Of a stretch of DNA of 64,000 nt, positions 60,887 to 64,000 are shown piece after piece. The stretch covers positions 64,001-128,000 of the forward strand of contig JBBCGK010000001.1 of the NCBI GenBank assembly GCA_037200965.1. The letters are read 5' to 3'. Made by a program: the position numbers and the translations under genes. Each line of letters begins with the position of its first letter. The stretch's first letter is position 1. This DNA comes from a bacterium (GTDB lineage: Bacteria > Patescibacteriota > Minisyncoccia > Phycocordibacterales > Phycocordibacteraceae). The notes beneath the pieces are model-generated. The model had not been told where the DNA came from, did no database searches, and worked only from the letters and a program-made list of their open reading frames with translations.

Positions 60887-62371
60887 ATGCAGAGAGGCTT
60901 CTCGACCCTGGAGGCCGTGCTCGCGATGGCAATATTCGTTTCCGCCATCGCCGCGGTTATGCTTACCGAGTCCGGAAACCAGTCGCTTCTTGCGGACGGC
61001 GCGCTTGCCGGCAGCGCAAGAGAAGATGCCCGGGCGCTCCTTGCCGAAGAAGCGGCTCGCGCACTCAAAGATTTCAATCTCGTGAATCCCATACGGAACG
61101 CTTCTGCGAGCGCATCCGCGCGCGTGTCGCTTCTGCCCGATTATCTGACCAAGCTCGTGACGGCCGCGGCAACGTGGAAGGATGAATTGGGCCGGACGCA
61201 CACCACCGAGCTTTCGACTCTTCTCACTAATTTCGAACACGCGACCGGCGGCGATACCTGCAGTTCCGCGCTCGAAGGCGACTGGAGCTCGCCGACAGCC
61301 AAAAGCTACGCGCTTTCTCCCGGAGATCTCCTTCCTGGCAATGAAATCGGCGCGGCGGTGAGCGGCCTCGATGCATACCACGACACGCTCTATGTCACAG
61401 CTGACGAAGGAAGCGGCGCCACGCTCTTCCTCTTCGATACGTCAAGCGAAGGCAAGCCCCGCTTTATCGCAAGCGTCGATAACGCGCGGGGAACCGATGG
61501 CGGGCTCGCGGGCGTCCTTGCCGCCGGAGATTATGCGTACCTCGCGGATAGCCACAGCCGCGATGCGGACTGCATGCCGGGTACCGACTGCGCGCAGCTT
61601 CAGGTCGCGGACGTGAAAGACCCGAAACGGCCGGAGATTGTCGCAAGCTATCTCATACCGACGACGACGCCCTCGTTCGTGAAAGGGTCGGGAGGACAGG
61701 CGGCGGGGAAAGCGCTCGCGTATCAGGACGGGTTTCTGTATCTCGGGCTTTCGAAGACCGCGAACGGGCCGGAATTCAATGTGATTGACGTGCGGGATCC
61801 CGGGTCCCCAAAATGGCTTGGCGGATACGGCATCGGCCGGAGCATAAACGCGATCGTTATTGACAGAGGCCATGCATACCTCTCGACCGACGATAACAAG
61901 AGCGGCGGGAGGGCGGTCGCGGTACTCGATATTAGCGACCCGAAGCATCCGTATCAGATCGCGAGCTGGAGCGCGCCCGGAGCCGGATTCGCAAACGGCA
62001 TACGGAAAATCGGCGATACCCTCTATCTGGGCCGCTCGTACGCAAGCGGCGCGCAGGAAGAATTCCATGAACTCGATGCATCCCGTCCGGAAGAAGGTCT
62101 TCCGATACTTGCAGGTGCCGACATCGGAACTGCCGCACATCACGCAAGCGTGCGATCGCTTATCATCCGCGACACGCTCGCTTTTCTTCTCACGAACGAT
62201 GATATCGAACTTTGGGACATCGGCGACGCGGAACATATCGGCCCCGCCGCCGCGCCGATACCGCTTCCGGAAGGAAGCCAGGGAATCGCGCTTGACTGTG
62301 AAGGCAACAGGCTTTATGCCGCTTCAAACGCGGGCGATACCGGCTACGTCACGATACTTTCCGCCCGCTAG
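60887..62371 (+). CDS. type IV pilin-like protein with prepilin N-terminal methylation motif fused to a large LVIVD/beta-propeller repeat domain
   Basis: MQR|GFSTLEAVLAMAIFVSAIAAV (G at -1, E at +5); then about 450 aa with repeated ...AYLAD..., ...LYLGLS..., ...AYLSTDD..., ...LYLGRS..., ...LYAASN... blocks (LVIVD-repeat-like). Confidence 0.65.
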   Translation: MQRGFSTLEAVLAMAIFVSAIAAVMLTESGNQSLLADGALAGSAREDARALLAEEAARALKDFNLVNPIRNASASASARVSLLPDYLTKLVTAAATWKDELGRTHTTELSTLLTNFEHATGGDTCSSALEGDWSSPTAKSYALSPGDLLPGNEIGAAVSGLDAYHDTLYVTADEGSGATLFLFDTSSEGKPRFIASVDNARGTDGGLAGVLAAGDYAYLADSHSRDADCMPGTDCAQLQVADVKDPKRPEIVASYLIPTTTPSFVKGSGGQAAGKALAYQDGFLYLGLSKTANGPEFNVIDVRDPGSPKWLGGYGIGRSINAIVIDRGHAYLSTDDNKSGGRAVAVLDISDPKHPYQIASWSAPGAGFANGIRKIGDTLYLGRSYASGAQEEFHELDASRPEEGLPILAGADIGTAAHHASVRSLIIRDTLAFLLTNDDIELWDIGDAEHIGPAAAPIPLPEGSQGIALDCEGNRLYAASNAGDTGYVTILSAR

Positions 62372-62372
62372 C

Positions 62373-62795
62373 ATGAAAGGCTTCACGCTCATCGAAATGC
62401 TCGTGTATCTGGGCCTTGTCACGCTCATCATGGCGGGCGTCACGGGAGCGGCGCTTAGTATCAGGGAATCGAACGGGCGGGATGCCGTCCGCGCGCTTAT
62501 AGCCGAGGAAGGGCTGTTTCTCCTCGCAAAGATCGACCAGGCGCTTGAGGAAGGGAAAGAAGAGACCCTGGTATGGGATGCGAAGGAGGAAACGCTCTCG
62601 CGTATGAGTGACCCGGGAGAAGCCGTACGGCTCAACGGCGGAAATGTGCGGGTATCCGCGTTTTCCCTTGAAATGATACCGGCCGCCCTGAACGCGCCCG
62701 CGCACACGAACGCGGCGCTTACGCTCGCCGCGACTTCCTCAAGCGGCGCGCTTCTTCGCCAACAGTTCACGACAACCTATTATGCAAAACCTTAG
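62373..62795 (+). CDS. type IV pilin / pseudopilin
   Basis: MK|GFTLIEMLVYLGLVTLIMAGV class-III signal; 140 aa; the listed ORF 61860 is the same frame from an earlier start. Confidence 0.7.
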   Translation: MKGFTLIEMLVYLGLVTLIMAGVTGAALSIRESNGRDAVRALIAEEGLFLLAKIDQALEEGKEETLVWDAKEETLSRMSDPGEAVRLNGGNVRVSAFSLEMIPAALNAPAHTNAALTLAATSSSGALLRQQFTTTYYAKP

Positions 62796-63216
62796 GCATC
62801 CTCGCGGATTCGCCGCGCTCATCTCCGTTCTTATCATCTGCGCCATTCTCGTCTCGATCACGCTCGCCGTCGGTCTTTCGTCCTTCTTCGCCCGGGCCGA
62901 TCTGCTCGATGCGGAAGGCAAGGCGATATCCCGGAATCTCGCGCGCGGATGCGTTGACGCCGCCATCCTTCGGCTTGCGAAGGACGGATCATACAGCCCG
63001 AAGGGCGAGCGGATCGCGGTCGGTGACAGGGGGTGCCGTATCGAGTCGATAACCTATGCCAGGAACAATGTGCTTGTCACCACAAGCGCGGAGGTGAACG
63101 GCACATATACGATTCTTCAAGCCGCGGTACGGGAGAAATCAGAAGCGCAGCGGATGAAGCCTGCTATCCCCATCTTCACCGTCCTCGATGTCGCCGAAAT
63201 CACGGAAGCGCCGTGA
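62782..63216 (+). CDS. pilin-like protein (non-canonical N-terminus)
   Basis: MQNLRHPR|GFAALISVLIICAILVSITLAV hydrophobic N-terminal helix after Gly, but +5 is Ser not Glu; 2 Cys in the C-terminal domain. Confidence 0.5.
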   Translation: MQNLRHPRGFAALISVLIICAILVSITLAVGLSSFFARADLLDAEGKAISRNLARGCVDAAILRLAKDGSYSPKGERIAVGDRGCRIESITYARNNVLVTTSAEVNGTYTILQAAVREKSEAQRMKPAIPIFTVLDVAEITEAP

Positions 63217-63228
63217 TACATTTCCGAT

Positions 63229-63711
63229 ATGAAAACGAACGGCTTCACGCTCATCGAAATACTTATCGTCATCGGCATGATCGCCATACTGTCGGGCGTG
63301 GTGCTCGTCGCCGTGAATCCCGTCCGGCAGTTCGCGCAGGCCCGCAACACCCAGCGGACCGCGAACGTGAGCGCGATCTTAAACGCGATCGGCGAGCGCA
63401 TCGTCGACAACAAGGGCGTATTCCAGGGAGATGACGGATCGTGCAGCGCGGCGCTCCCGCAAAGCGCGACTGTCATGAAGTCGGGCGGAGGCTACGATAT
63501 CCGTTCCTGCCTCGTCCCGACCTACATCAGCGAACTCCCGTTTGACCCGCTTACGGGCTCGAATGCCTGCGACGGCGGCGCTTCCTGCAAAAGCTACGAC
63601 ACCGGGTATACCGTCCGGCAGGATTCCGAAACGCTCCGCATCAGCGTCTGCGCTCCGGAGGGGGCCGAGCCTGCGATCGAGGGAAGTTCGGAAATGTGCC
63701 TGACGAGGTAA
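63229..63711 (+). CDS. type IV pilin (major-pilin-like, Cys-rich C-terminus)
   Basis: MKTN|GFTLIEILIVIGMIAILSGV; 6 Cys in the C-terminal globular region. Confidence 0.8.
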   Translation: MKTNGFTLIEILIVIGMIAILSGVVLVAVNPVRQFAQARNTQRTANVSAILNAIGERIVDNKGVFQGDDGSCSAALPQSATVMKSGGGYDIRSCLVPTYISELPFDPLTGSNACDGGASCKSYDTGYTVRQDSETLRISVCAPEGAEPAIEGSSEMCLTR

Positions 63712-63724
63712 TAAAAATGGAAAA

Positions 63725-63754
63725 CCGCTCCGCCAGGGGAGGCTGGCGAAGCGG
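63725..63754 (-). terminator. rho-independent terminator for the convergent minus-strand gene
   Basis: Minus strand: ccgcttcgccagcc-tcccc-tggcggagcgg followed by ttttccatttttat. Confidence 0.6.
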
Positions 63755-63771
63755 CTCCACATGCGAAACGG

Positions 63772-63984
63772 TTATGCGTCCTCGGCGACGCCCAGCCTGA
63801 CCGGAATGATGCCGGACTTACCAAGGAACAGGCAGTTCAGGATCTTCTTCTCCGCGGCGTCGAGCAGCAGGAATACTACGATCCCGTCGACCCTCGTCCG
63901 CTTCGCCGCATAGGCGTTAAAGGCGTCGAGCGCGGCGTTCCTAGTGGCGTAGGAGCGGTCGTTCATCGGGTTCGAGGCGGTCAT
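63772..63984 (-). CDS. hypothetical protein (C-terminal part; gene probably continues beyond the window end)
   Basis: ORF reaches within 16 nt of the window edge; coding-like composition. Confidence 0.35.
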   Translation of the reverse strand: MTASNPMNDRSYATRNAALDAFNAYAAKRTRVDGIVVFLLLDAAEKKILNCLFLGKSGIIPVRLGVAEDA

Positions 63985-64000
63985 CCAGGTTTCAAGCTGG

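Overview
The window is about 60% GC, gene-dense, mostly + strand and core-metabolism rich. Main contents, in order:
- A complete F-type ATP synthase operon (atpB-E-F-H-A-G-[MazF-like]-D-C).
- ychF and a leuS carrying a Nudix-type insertion.
- mltG and mnmA.
- A run of nuclease/repair genes: ATP-cone plus Mrr-type nuclease, a Cas4-like 4-Cys nuclease, an MGMT-like protein, ung, and an HD (SpoT-like) hydrolase.
- An M13 peptidase and a short alaS.
- The infA-rpmJ-rpsM-rpsK-rpsD-rpoA-rplQ-rplM-rpsI block.
- A DUF4258/DUF2283 TA-like pair.
- grpE-dnaK-dnaJ and an ABC exporter.
- tyrS followed by tRNA-Tyr(GUA), a MucR/Ros-like regulator, trpS, an Asp/Asn-type aaRS, scpA and scpB.
- A cell-wall segment (PBP-mraY-ftsW-[IS30]-murG), gltX, an M23 peptidase, and an AlkA-like glycosylase.
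- A four-gene type IV pilin cluster that includes a large LVIVD-repeat pilin.

Two diverged IS30 copies are present with clear terminal inverted repeats.

Several features suggest a reduced, possibly Patescibacteria-like genome. This is inference only. The features are a short ATP synthase delta, a short epsilon, a Zn-less L36, an AlaS without the C-Ala domain, many type IV pilins, and small proteins.

The most striking regulatory pattern is a recurring '(TGn)TATAnT, 6-9 nt, start codon' architecture at more than 12 genes, implying leaderless mRNAs.

There are also two promoter-to-hairpin noncoding elements, upstream of atpD and upstream of ychF, that could be structured RNAs or leaders.

No rRNA and no CRISPR array were seen.
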